A DNA stretch of 32,247 bases from Malacoraja senta (lineage: Eukaryota): assembly GCA_038087875.1 (NCBI GenBank), contig JAXLNO010002458.1, positions 1 through 32,247 of the forward strand. Direction: 5' to 3'. How positions within the stretch are numbered: the first letter of the stretch is position 1; every line of letters starts with the position of its first letter. The notes below the pieces were generated by a model that saw only the letters and a program-made list of their open reading frames with translations, made no database searches and had not been told where the DNA came from. Below are positions 1 to 10,620 of this stretch, piece by piece. The position numbers and the translations under genes are program-made.

Positions 1-399
1 GGTGCGGGGCCCAATTGGGAAAAAATTTCGTAGAAATATAAATAAATAATTATAAATGAGTCACGGGCCGTGAGTAACATGACAATTCGGGGTAGAGTTC
101 CTTTCACAGCGTGTGGGGTCTAGCCAGGGGTAAAGTTGCGAGGATGGAAGGAGCGTTGAGAAGGAGGGGGTCGGTGTTCATGCCAGTAACACTCACTCAC
201 CGCTGCCACGGCGCTCCGGGCGCGGAGCCACCGCATTGTGGCCGGGGAGGCAAGCAGCTCGCGTGGCTACGAGCGGCCTCCATCACCGGACAGCGGAACC
301 GACTGCCATCTCAGCGCCTTCTGACGGCCCGCTCACCTCTGGCAGTGCTCTCCGTCTGAACAGTGAGGGGACCAGCTCAAGAGCAAAGATCATAGAGCA

Positions 400-554
400 G
401 AGTGGGTCAGCGGGTGATGGATAACATCACAGCGGGCGGTGGAGCTTACTCCTGTGTCAACGCGAACAAGGGATCAATTGAGGTTACTCGCCCTGACATA
501 TGGAGTAAGCTCCACCGCCCGCTGTCCTGTTATCCATCGCCTGTTGACCCGCTC
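400..554. repeat. Long inverted repeat, 53-bp arms (also about 11037-11191)
   Basis: 400-452 versus reverse complement of 502-554: 47/53 identical. Confidence 0.9.
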
Positions 555-722
555 GAGTTGGATGATCCCCGGCCGACCCCCTCCTCAACCCTCCTGCCCT
601 CCCCGCTACTTTACCCCTGGACAGACTACCCACACGCTGTGAAATGAACTCTCTCTCCCCCCCCCCCCCCCAGCAGCGCTGTCCTTTTACTGCCGCTTCC
701 CACTTTACAGCCGCTTCCCATC

Positions 723-830
723 AGCTGCTAGCAATGAGGGATAGACTTGGCTATCCCTCAGTACAACAACATCGTTCTTGATGTTGCTGTACTGAGGGAT
801 AACAAAGTCCATCTTTCTTGGCTAATAACC
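723..830. repeat. Fold-back repeat with 22-bp core stem and 6-nt loop (also about 11360-11467)
   Basis: TATCCCTCAGTACAACAACATC-gttctt-GATGTTGCTGTACTGAGGGATA (21/22), with degenerate extension to about 51 bp. Confidence 0.9.
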
Positions 831-1510
831 TAACCTTCGGCCTCCAAGATGCGAGTACATTTTCTAGCAATGTTACAAAATTTTGAGATTTTATAAATCA
901 AGTCTGCAATTTTCTCTAACTCTGAAATTGGAGACAGACAAAAGCTGGACTAGCTCAGCAGGACAGGCAACGCAGCGACTCTGGAGAGAAGACCATTCTT
1001 CAGACTGAACTGAACTCTCGTCGGTGAGAGTACTTGTGATTGTCTGAAGAAGGATCTCGACCAGAACCGCAACCCTCTCCCCAGAGCCCCTGCCCGTCCC
1101 GCTGAGCCACCACAGACAGGGAGTTGAAGGTAGACACAGGGGGTCCACCTTCAACTTCAGAGCCAAACAAAAAACACAGAGTGCTGGAGGAACTCAGCGG
1201 GCAAGGCAGCACCTGCGGAGGAAACATATCACTTATCAGGAGCCGCCACGGGCCAGGACCCTCCCCCCCGCACCCCTCCCCCCAACAGAAAGGAACCGCA
1301 GATGCAGCCGTCACCGCACAATGTCTAAGAAGGAACTGTAGATGCTGGAAAATCGAAGATAGACAAAAATGCTGGAGAAATTCAGCGGGTGTGAAGCCCT
1401 GTCCCACTGTGCGAGTTCACCCAAGAGCTCTCCCGAGTTAAAAAAAAAATCAAAACTCGTGGTAAACACGTAGAATGAACGTAGCGGGTACGTCGGAGCT
1501 CGGAACGTTT

Positions 1511-2157
1511 CAATAGACAATAGACAATTGGTGCAGGAGCAGGCCATTTGGCCCTTCGAGCCAGCACCGCCATTCAATGTGAACATGGCTGATCATCCAC
1601 AATCAGTACCCCGTTCCTGCCTTCTCCCCATATCCCCTGACTCAGCTATCTTTAAGAGCCCTATCTAGCTCTCTCTTGAAAGCATCCAGAGAACCGGCCT
1701 CCACCGCCCTCTGAGGCAGAGAATTCCACACTCACCACTCTCTGTGAGAAAAAGTGTTTCCTCGTCCCCGTTCTAAATGGCTTACTCCTTATTCTTAAAC
1801 TGTGGCCTCTGGTTCTGGACTCCCCCAACATCGGGAACATGTTTCCTGCCTCTAGCGTGTCCAAGCCCTTAACAAATCTTATATGTTTCAATGAGATTCC
1901 CTCTCATCCTTCTAAACTCGAGAGTCTACAAGCCCAGCTGCTCCATTCTCTCAGCATATGACAGTCCCGCCATCCCGGGAATTAACCTTGTAAACCTACG
2001 CTGCACTCCCTCAATAGCAAGAATGTCCTTCCTCAAATTAGGGGACCAAAACTGCACACAATACTCCAGGTGCGGTCTCACTAGAACTCTACAACTGCAG
2101 AAGGACCTCTTTGCTCCTATATTCGATTCCTCCTGTTATAAAGGCCAACATGCCATT
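1511..2157 (-). mobile_element. CR1 LINE 3' fragment (duplicate at about 12149-12794)
   Basis: Minus-strand MLAFITGGIEYRSKEVLLQL matches the CR1 ORF2 C-terminus; CAATAGA-repeat tail. Confidence 0.9.
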
Positions 2158-2864
2158 TCTTAGCGCTAACGGCAGGTACTCGGGAAACGTGGTAACTTGT
2201 GAAGATTTTTCAACATGTTGAAAAATGTCCACATGTAAAATATACTCAGGATGTAAAAAATTTATACTTTTTAACACGTAGTCATACCGTAGTAGCTCGT
2301 GAGTTTACCGTAGTAGGACCTGGTGCCCTATATCACTATTGTATGTTCATGATGGAAATAAGAATACTCTGTATATTCATTACCTTTGAATTGTAGTTTT
2401 ATGCAATCCTCCCATAATTTCTGTTCCATTTCACAATATCTATCAGACATACAGAATGTTGCAAGGTAATATCTTGCCCAAACTCAGTTGTATCTTTCTA
2501 TCTCAATAAATATCACAAAATATGCCATTGTTTCAGCCACATTATGACAAAATATAGAATGTAGGTTATTTGTTATCAGAAATCCCATCCCAGAAACAAC
2601 AGTACTTAAAGAACATTTGTTTTACTAATTTACGAGCATGTACCATAGGTTGATCCATATCCAACAAAATGTTGTGATAATTGCATAACATGTATTGTTG
2701 TCTAAGAAATTTGGTGTGGAATGATAATCCATCTCAGTACTCATTTAGGCAAGTCCCAAACTATAGATACTTTTCCCCCACACCCAATCCCCCTCGCCCG
2801 ATCTTCATTGAACCTACCATTTGACTAATCTTTTACTCAGCTGCTGTAACGTTTCCCTCCTATC

Positions 2865-3500
2865 AAAATCTCTGTAGCATCTCTGCCCCTATCTTCCAAT
2901 TCCCACTTTGAAATAAATTACAACTTGCGACAAAAATTTCGCAGCAGGATCGCTATATAGATACAAATATATGGTATTTTATCCTAGCATCCCCCCCCCC
3001 CCCTTACCACCACACAAGAAGCGTAACTTGAAGCGTTTACGGACCAGGAATGAAAATTAATAGCTATGAATCGATTAACAGCGAGCTGCGAGGTGAGATT
3101 GAAACACCTGTCAGAGGGATAAGAAACAATCCTGAGTTGACGGCGCATTGTTTTAAGTGAGCATTTTGCAGCGACCTCGCCATATTCTGGTCAAATATTC
3201 TTTCCACGGAAATCTCCTATTTCACTTTGAAATTATATTCATTTATAACTGTTTGTAACATCAGTAACCACCTTAATGTTCGTGCGTTTAGTACTGGGTA
3301 TGCTTGAAACTATTTATTGTAATGTACTGTATCTTAAAAAAAAAACTATATCAACTAGTTTTTACACTGAATCGAACGATGATTGAAAATGCGTGGGAAT
3401 CGACTAATCGCGATCCTGCTGCAAATTGTTTAAGTCGAAATCTGTATTTTATTTCAAAGTGGGAATTTGAAGATGGGACAGAGATGCTACCAGAGATTTT
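2865..3500. mobile_element. MITE-like element with about 90-bp TIRs, superfamily unassigned (duplicate 13501-14146)
   Basis: 2865-2953 (AAAATCTCTGTAGCATCTCTG...GCAGCAGGATCGC) is an imperfect inverse of 3410-3500. No clear TSD. Confidence 0.7.
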
Positions 3501-3663
3501 AAGCTCTTGTGTGAACTCGCACAATGGGACAGGGCTTGAGGCAGCATCCATGGAGTGAAGGAAATAGCCGGGTCTGAAGAAGGGTTTTGACCCGAAACGT
3601 TGCATATTTCCTTCGCTCCATAGATGCTGCCTCACCCGCTAAGTTTCTCCAGCATTTTTGTAT

Positions 3664-3845
3664 ACCGCAAAACGTCAATGATTCCGGGAATGCCGAGAGA
3701 GCTAGAGTGGTGGGGAACGGGAGAGAGAGAGCGCGCACGGGAGAGAGAGCGCACGGGGGAGAGAGAGCCGCGAGAGAGAGAGGGAGGGAGAGAGCGAGAG
3801 ACAGAGAGACACAACGTGGGTCGGTAGGTAAATTGAATGACTATA
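3664..3845 (+). repeat. GA-rich interspersed segment X; its 5' part is at about 1283-1325
   Basis: Homologous to the reverse complement of about 22620-22810. Confidence 0.85.
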
Positions 3846-3884
3846 TTACTTTTCATGATAATGGCAGACTGATTATTGCAGAAG

Positions 3885-4280
3885 TGTTTCTTTGTAGAAC
3901 GTGTTTTATTGCGCTCTTCATAAATGGGGATTAACGTTATGCCAAAATGGAAAGCTAAGAATCAATATTTGGGGAAGAGGCCCCTGCAAATGCCCATCCA
4001 TGTGAAATCCTTTGGTCTGGACCAGGATTTAACCTGTTCACTGCAAATAATTGTTTTCTTTTTTCACTTGTATACTCTGACCCGAGTATACTCTGGGTGG
4101 CACTGAATGGGTTAATTCTATCCAGCGAGGATAGGGGGTTGTGGTATTTAACATCACTTGGTTTGAAGGTGATCCTTTTCATGCACCCAGTGGTCTGGTA
4201 GAATAATGTACACTTGTTGCATTATCAGTCAGAATGTCAGGCTACTGACCCAGAAACATGTTCAAATCTCTCTGTTGGAG
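3885..4280 (-). other. Candidate 3'-terminal exon: short phase-1 coding tail (x)PTERFEHVSGSVA* plus 3' UTR
   Basis: Acceptor TTCATATTTCAATTCCCCAG| at 4280, TGA at 4237-4239, AATAAA at 3905-3910. Gene identity unknown. Confidence 0.45.
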
Positions 4281-5616
4281 CTGGGGAATTGAAATATGAA
4301 TCATTAGAATAAATCAAAAATGTTTGATTAAAAGAAATGTTTGTCTTGGTGGCTCAGTGGCTGGTAAAACACGTTATCCGTGTCCGGGTCTCCGTTCTCC
4401 GCTCGCTCCTCATTAGGCCGGCACGGCAGGCCGCCTTGCACATGCGCATTGTTACGGCCAGCACGTCCTCCCCTGCACATCCGCACATCATCGGCCGCCC
4501 TGCGCATGCGCACTGCCACGGCAACTGGTCAGCGCCGGGCACTTTCTCCCTCGCTTTGAATTGTGGGAGATTTGGCCGCCATTGCTGCCTCGCCGCAACC
4601 GCTGAAAACTAACACAGAATCACTCCCTGACCCTGGATCAGGAGTATCTCCCTGGAGTAACTCTCGCTTCTGGTTTCCTGATCCTCCATAAACATTCTAA
4701 AAGGAATTTAAACTGGAGGTGGTAGAGGGCTGAACAATAACAGCCTATTGCATTTTATCTGTTTATGTATTGTGTATATATATGGTCTATGGTATATAAA
4801 CACACTGAACTTTTATCTCCTGTTCTGTATTATGTTCACATATTCTGTTGTGCTGCAGCAAGCAAGAATTTCATTGTCCTATCTGGGACACATGACAATA
4901 AAACTCTCTTGATTCTTGACTTGGACTTAAGCAAAAAAGGGTTCTTTGGGGAAAAAAAGGTACCTTAAATTTAGTTGCGTCTGGTTGGGTAACTATGGTA
5001 GGGTGAAGAATATTCCATGCTTTAATTGTGCGGGGGAACTCCACGGAGCAGCCAGCAACTCAGGATAGAAGAAATTGGGTGACGTTTCGGGTAGATACCC
5101 TTCTTTAGACTCCCTCTGGTTTTAGTGTCTTTAGTTTAATTTAAAGACAGCGTGGAAACAGGCCCTTCAGGCCACCGAGTCCACGCCGACCATTGATCAC
5201 CCGTACACTAGTTCTTTCCCACACATTAGCGAAGTAAGTCAAGAGTCAAGAGTGTTTTATTCTCTCACGTCCCAGTTAGAACAATGAAATCCTTACTTGC
5301 AGCAGCACAACAGCATATGTAAACATAGTACTCTGTAAACAATGTTATAAACGAGAAAACAAAACGGTGTATATTTATATATGAATATATAACTATATAA
5401 ATATATATGTGTGTGTGTGTATTAAATATATACCCACACACACATACAATTTCCCACCTGGGATTAATAACGTTCTATTGTATAGTATCGTGTGTGTAGG
5501 AAGGAACTGCAGATGCTGGTTTAAACTGAAGATAGACACAAAAAGCTGGAGTAACTCAACAGGTCAGACAGAATCTCTGGACAAAAGGAAAATATTACGT
5601 TTTGGGTTGGGTCTGA

Positions 5617-5785
5617 AATAGGTTCCTGCACACCTTTGGAATGTGGAAGGAAACAAGAGCACCCGGAGAAAACACATGCGATCAAAGGGAAAAGGAGCAA
5701 ACTCCATACAGACAGCACCCATATTCAGGATCAATTCCGGGTCCCTGGCACTTTTAGGCAGCAATTTTATGGCCAATGTACAGTC
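5617..5785 (-). mobile_element. V-SINE/HE1-like SINE, degraded
   Basis: Reverse complement of the tRNA-head/V-domain sequence seen at 10015-10328. Confidence 0.8.
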
Positions 5786-5809
5786 CCATAGTCTTAAACT
5801 TAATTAAAA

Positions 5810-6410
5810 GGACAAGTGTAGCATTTCCTGCGATTGCAAGGGAAAGTGCCAGGAGAGGGGGTGGTTTGGGTGGGAAGGGACGAATCGACCAGGGAGTTAC
5901 GGAGAGAGCGGTCTCTACGGAAAGCCAACAGGGGAGGAGATGGGAAGATGTGGCCAGTGGTGGGTCCCATTGGTAGACAAAAAAGCTGGAGAAAATAAGC
6001 GGGTGAGGCAGCATCTGTGGAGCGAAGGAATAGACGATGTTTCGGGTCGAGACCCTTCTTCAGATTGATGTAGGGGGGGGGATGGGTGACATGAAAAAGA
6101 AAGGAAGAGGCGGAGACAGTAGGCTGTGGGAGAGCTGGGAATTCGAGGGAGAAAGCAAGGACTACCTGAAATTAGAAAAGCCGATGTGCATAGCGCTGGG
6201 GTGTAAATTACCCAAGCAAATATGAGGTGCTGCCCCTCCAATATGCGGCGGGCCTCACTCTGGCCATGGAGGAGGCCCAGGACAGAAAGGTCGGATTCGG
6301 AATGGGAGGGGGAGTTGAAGTGCTGAGCCACCGGGACATCAGGTTAGTTATTGCGAACTGAGTGGAGGTGTTGTGCGAAGCGATCGCCAAGCCTGCGCTT
6401 CGGTTGATCA
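5810..6410 (-). mobile_element. Penelope-like element fragments (RT-EN linker, GIY-YIG C-terminus, 3' terminus)
   Basis: AQHFNSPSHSESDLSVLGLLHGQSEA matches the ORF at 30366-32246. Confidence 0.9.
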
Positions 6411-6561
6411 TACGCTGAATAATCCAACCACATTTTTGTTTGGAAGTGGAAAGAAATAATAGACATTGCATTCATTGCAACGTGTAAAAAGAGTTGAGAT
6501 ACAGTATTATAATTTTGCTGCATGTCATTGTGATATATATCATGTCCTGATTGGTGAATAT

Positions 6562-8712
6562 GTTTTTTTTTTTTTTTTTTTTTTAATTATTTTTATTAGA
6601 AGTACGGTAAATTACAGTAATACACAACACTTATATCTTAATACATTTTTTATACCGCTTCATTTTTTTGAGCTTTAAGAGAAAGATAGAAGTAAGAAAA
6701 GTAAAGAAAGTGCGCAAGAGTCGTGAGGTGCAAGAGAGTGTTGTGAAAAGAAAGCCCCTTAGAAAAGAAGTTAGAGAAGGAAGTAAAGTAAGAAAGTAGA
6801 TCCTAGAAAAGAAAGAAAAAAAAGTAGGAACAATCGCAGAAAGGGAACCACCGACCAAGTCTGTTTTTATTGTTTTATCTCCCATTACCAGGTCCTGATA
6901 CCATTTCTTTCTTTCTTTATTTTTTAAATTACTATTGCACCTCATGCTTGTAATAGGTCCAAAAACGTAGACCACGTCTTTTGGAATTGGTCTGCTTTCC
7001 CTGCTAAGAGGAATCTCATCTGTTCCAGATGTAATGTTTCCAACATATTTGATGTCCACATTTTTATTGTTGGTGTGGGCGCATTTTTCCAGAATTTAAG
7101 TATGAGCCTTTTTCCCATTATTAGCCCGTAATTGAATAAGTTCTTCTGATACACGTTTAATTCAGGGATACCTTCCGATATTCCAAAAATGATCCATTCT
7201 GGTTTTGGTACCAGTTTTATTTTAATTAATTTTGAGAAAATATCAAATATTTCATACCAAAATTTTTGGATTTTTGTACAAAAAACAAAAGAATGCGCTA
7301 TGGTAGCTTCTTGACATAGACATTTATCACAGATTGGTGAAACATTAGGAAAGATTTTATTTAATTTAGTTTTTGAATAATATAGTCTATGTAATGTTTT
7401 GAATTGGATGAGCGTATACGTTGATCGAACATTTATGCACCTGTAGTAAGTGGTTATCCCAGCTCTCTTTTGAAATTTTTATAGCTAATTCTTGTTCCCA
7501 GTCTCTTCTAATTCCTTCTGTTGTGGGTATTTCTATGTTTAAAATGATATTATATAATACGATATTAGATTAGCTGATTCCGCCTTTGTCTTCATTGCTT
7601 CATCTAGTAAGTGGGAAGGCATATTATGATAGTCTTTTGTGCATTTTTTCAGGTAATCACGAATTTGTAGATATTTAAAATATTGATTATTTTTCAGATT
7701 ATATTTCAGTTGTAGTTGTTGAAATGATAGTAATTTTCCCAATTCATACAGATCTTCGAGCGTTTTGATTCCCATTCTTTCCCATTGTATAAATGATTTG
7801 TCTATGGTTGAGGGTTTAAACGATGGGTTATTAACTATTGGTATTGAGAGAGATAGGTTTCTTAATTTTAGATTCTGTTTTATTTGTTTCCATGTTCTAA
7901 TTGTGCTATTTATAATTGGGTTTTTATTATAAATTTTATTATTCAAATTTATTGGAGAGAGAATAATCGCTCCTATATTACTCGGGGAACAGTCCCCTTT
8001 TTCCATTATAATCCAGTCCACCTGCTGGGCAGAATTGTCCAGCAGGTGAATCATATTTTTAATATTTACTGCCCATTTATAATACATAAAGTTAGGGAGC
8101 GCGAGACCCCCCAACTCTTTTCATTTATTAAGGTGTGCTCTTTGTATTCTATGGGATTTATAATCCCATATAAAATTTGTAATGTCTGAGTCCAATTTTT
8201 TGAAAAACTTTTTTGGGAGATATATAGGTATTGATTGAAATAGGTATAGGATTTGTGGTAAGAAAATCATTTTTATAGCATTTATTCTGCCTATTAAGGA
8301 CATCGGAAGTGTTTTCCAAAATGTAATCATATTATTTAATTTCTTAAGTAAGGGATTATAATTGGCTTTAAACATATCCTGGTAATTTCTAGTAATTTCA
8401 ATTCCCAAATATTTGAATTTTTCTATAGCTATTTTAAAGGGGAATTTCCTGAGGTGTGTTGAGTCTTTTGGTTTTATCGACATAATTTCACTTTTGTTCC
8501 AGTTTATTCTATATCCTGAAAAGGATCCAAAGTCCTCAATTAAATTTAATATATTTGGTATACTAATTTGTGGTTTTGTGATGTACAATAGTACATCATC
8601 GGCATATAACGATATTTTGTTATTTGAATATTTTGTATTATAACCGTAGATATCCATGTGTGTTCTTATTTTTTCAGCAAGGGGTTCAATTACTAAAGCA
8701 AATAACAGCGGT
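6562..8712 (-). mobile_element. L1 LINE, 5'-truncated, ORF2 disrupted
   Basis: Poly(T) at about 6562-6583; SLYADDVLLY, FKYLGI and GGLALPNF motifs split over several frames. Confidence 0.93.
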
Positions 8713-9244
8713 TTAGTTTGTAGTTTTATTTAAAGCAGAAATAATATGCGAGTGCTTCACTGAGTATAATTCCGACAGGTAACTATGCACTTCGTCCAAG
8801 CACATTATCGCACGCGCCATGCAAGCCATCTTAAATAACCACCTAAACTGTAATTTGGCAACTTAAAAGCTGCCAAGGTTGCCCGGCTGACAACAGAGAA
8901 AAAAAATTAAGTGAGAGCCCTGCAAGGTGTATAGGCCTTTCTTACATATGCTGTCACAACGCACTGTAGTCTCTAAACAACCCTTCAGTAATTTTCCTTG
9001 CCCTCCATTTCAGAATAATAGTGTTTTAAGCCAATAACTCGACACTAGCACAGGCAATAAATAAATAAATAAATAAAGCCCAGCTTTCCAGCCCCTTATC
9101 TCATTGGCCACGCTCGGCTGCAAATCGGTGTCAATCTGGTGGACCATCTTCCTCTAGTCGTGGGGGTGGGGGATTGGGGCGGGGGGCTCACAAGTGGAAC
9201 AGTTTAGGGCCTCTCTTCATCTAAATCCGTCCCTGCTGGTAGGT

Positions 9245-9645
9245 TTCAATGAGATTTCCCCCTCATCCTTCTAAATCCCACGAGCACAGGCACAGAGACT
9301 TCAAACATTCCTCATACGTTAAATCAATCATCTCCAGGACATACTTCCTCTGGACCCTCTCCAAAGCCAGCACATCCTTTCTAATATGGAGCCCAAAACT
9401 GCTCACAATATTCCAAATGTGTCCTCACCAGTGCCCGATAAATCCTGAGCATTATATCATTGTTTTTATATTCTAGGCCCCCCGAAATGAATGCTGGCAT
9501 TGCATTTGCCTTACTTACCACCGACTCAATTTGCAAGTGAACTATTTGGGAATCCTGCGCTAGTACTCCCACTTTGTAGCTCAAATAGTCTACGTCTTTA
9601 TTCCGACTGCCAAAATGTAAAACCAGACACTTACTACACTGTATT
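9245..9645 (-). mobile_element. CR1 LINE ORF2 fragment
   Basis: KCLVLHFGSRNK...MLRIYRALVRTHLEYCEQFWAPY. Confidence 0.9.
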
Positions 9646-9667
9646 CCATTTGGCTCTGCTTTGCCCA

Positions 9668-9955
9668 CTTAGTGGAACTGCTGCCTTACAGCGCCAGAGA
9701 CCCGGGTTCAATTCTAACTACGGGTCCCGTCTGTACAGAGTTTTGTACCTTCTCCCCGGGACTTGCGTGGGTTTTGCCTGGATCTCCGGTTTCCTCCGTC
9801 AGTCCAAAGACACACAGGTTGGTAGGTTAATTGGCGTGGTATAATTGTAAATTGTCCCCTAATAAGTAAGATAATATAAGTGTGCAGGGATCGCTGGTTG
9901 ACGCAGACTCGGTGGGCTGAAGGGCCGGGTTTCTGCGCTGTATCTCTTAAACTAA
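9668..9955 (+). mobile_element. V-SINE/HE1-like SINE
   Basis: tRNA-like head, GTGGGTTT..C.GG.T.TCCGGTTTCCTCC core, CR1-like tail ending CTAAA. Confidence 0.88.
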
Positions 9956-10014
9956 AACCACATTCCATTGACTATCAATAATTCTGGGCAATTAGATAAC
10001 CACAAATTATTAAT

Positions 10015-10328
10015 GGGTGGCACAGTGGCGTAGCGGTAGAGCTGCTGCCTTACTGCGCCAGAGACCTGGGTTTGATACTGACTACAGGTGCTGTCTGCAA
10101 GGACATTGTATGTTCTCCCTGTGACTGCGTGGGTTTTCTCCGGGTGCTTCGGTTTCCTCCCACACTACAAAGACATACAGGCTTGTAGGTTACTTGGCTT
10201 AGGTAAAATTGTAAATTGTCCCCAGTGTGTTGGTTAGTGTAAATGTACGGGCTGATCACTGTTCAGCGTGGACTCAGTGAGCTGAGGGGCCTGTATCTGC
10301 ACCATATCTCTAAAGTTTAAAGTCTAAA
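10015..10328 (+). mobile_element. V-SINE/HE1-like SINE, near full length
   Basis: GGGTGGCACAGTGGCGTAGCGG head, V-domain core, TCTAAAG tail. Confidence 0.9.
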
Positions 10329-10420
10329 TGCACAGCTTAGTTAAGAGTGTGTTGAGGCTGTTATTTCAGTCCAGGAGGTTTATTGTCTCAAGTGATCAGC
10401 CTCATTGACTTGCCACTTAC

Positions 10421-10620
10421 CCTGTGGAACATTGACTCCCTGCAGCAGAGTTGCATGTTCGATGTAACAGGAGAATTTTGCCACATCTTCTCTACTCAGT
10501 TGAATTGTATTCTTCAGCTGGTAAGTCCCATCCCAATTGGGCAACAGATCACTGGATTCAGACTCGTGGTCTCCCTCACCATCTCTCAGCCACGTTACAT
10601 CGATGGCCCGTGGGTAGAAG
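10421..10620 (-). pseudogene. MHC class I(-like) alpha-3 domain exon, 5'-truncated by a DNA transposon end
   Basis: Manual translation without stops: FYPRAIDVTWLRDGEGDHESESSDLLPNWDGTYQLKNTIQLSREDVAKFSCYIEHATLLQGVNVPQ, then phase-1 donor G|GTAAGT. FYPxxIxVTWLRDG, LPNxDGTYQ and F/YSCxxxH are class I alpha-3 (C1-set) hallmarks. The B-strand Cys half is missing. Confidence 0.88.

Larger units (their letters stand above)
1..1325 (+). mobile_element. Second copy of the same hAT-like end; window starts 17 nt inside its terminus
   Basis: Position 1 equals position 10638 of the copy starting at 10621. Confidence 0.55.
1395..3536. mobile_element. PIF/Harbinger-like non-autonomous DNA transposon
   Basis: 34-bp TIRs (1395-1428, 3503-3536; 32/34 identical, AGCCCTGTCCCA...) with 3-bp TSD TGA (1392-1394, 3537-3539). 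Confidence 0.85.
1326..3663. mobile_element. Short Penelope-terminus-derived insertion, split by a Harbinger-like element
   Basis: Flanks rejoin as CTGGAGAAATTCAGCGGGT...GAGGCAGCATC, like the Penelope 3' end at 30157-30252. Degenerate 13-bp TSD ACCGCACAATGTC (1313-1325) / ACCGCAAAACGTC (3664-3676). Confidence 0.75.
1..4367 (+). repeat. Near-identical duplicated segment, copy A (probably extends left of the window)
   Basis: Matches 10638-15014; identical ORFs recur at offset 10637 at the start. Identity ends after GGCTCAGTGGCTGGTAA. Confidence 0.97.
4378..8922 (+). mobile_element. Second hAT-like family, composite copy lacking its left end, with nested SINE, Penelope and L1 inserts
   Basis: 4378-5490 is homologous to 25288-26440. 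Ends ...AAGTGAGAGCCCTG (inverse CAGGGCTC) with subterminal GGCAACTTAAAAGC matching GGCAACCTAAAAGC near 25177. Confidence 0.6.

Noticed and set aside
111-1441. Short ORFs repeated at 10748-11967
   Set aside because: They lie in transposon, hairpin and Penelope-tail sequence, have no recognisable domain, and recur only because of the duplication.
2205-2226. Perfect 22-bp palindrome ATTTTTCAACATGTTGAAAAAT as a regulatory site
   Set aside because: Lies within the Harbinger-like element's own sequence; most likely a feature of that repeat.
10015-10090. tRNA genes at SINE heads
   Set aside because: Degenerate tRNA-derived heads joined directly to V-domain SINE bodies; no convincing cloverleaf.
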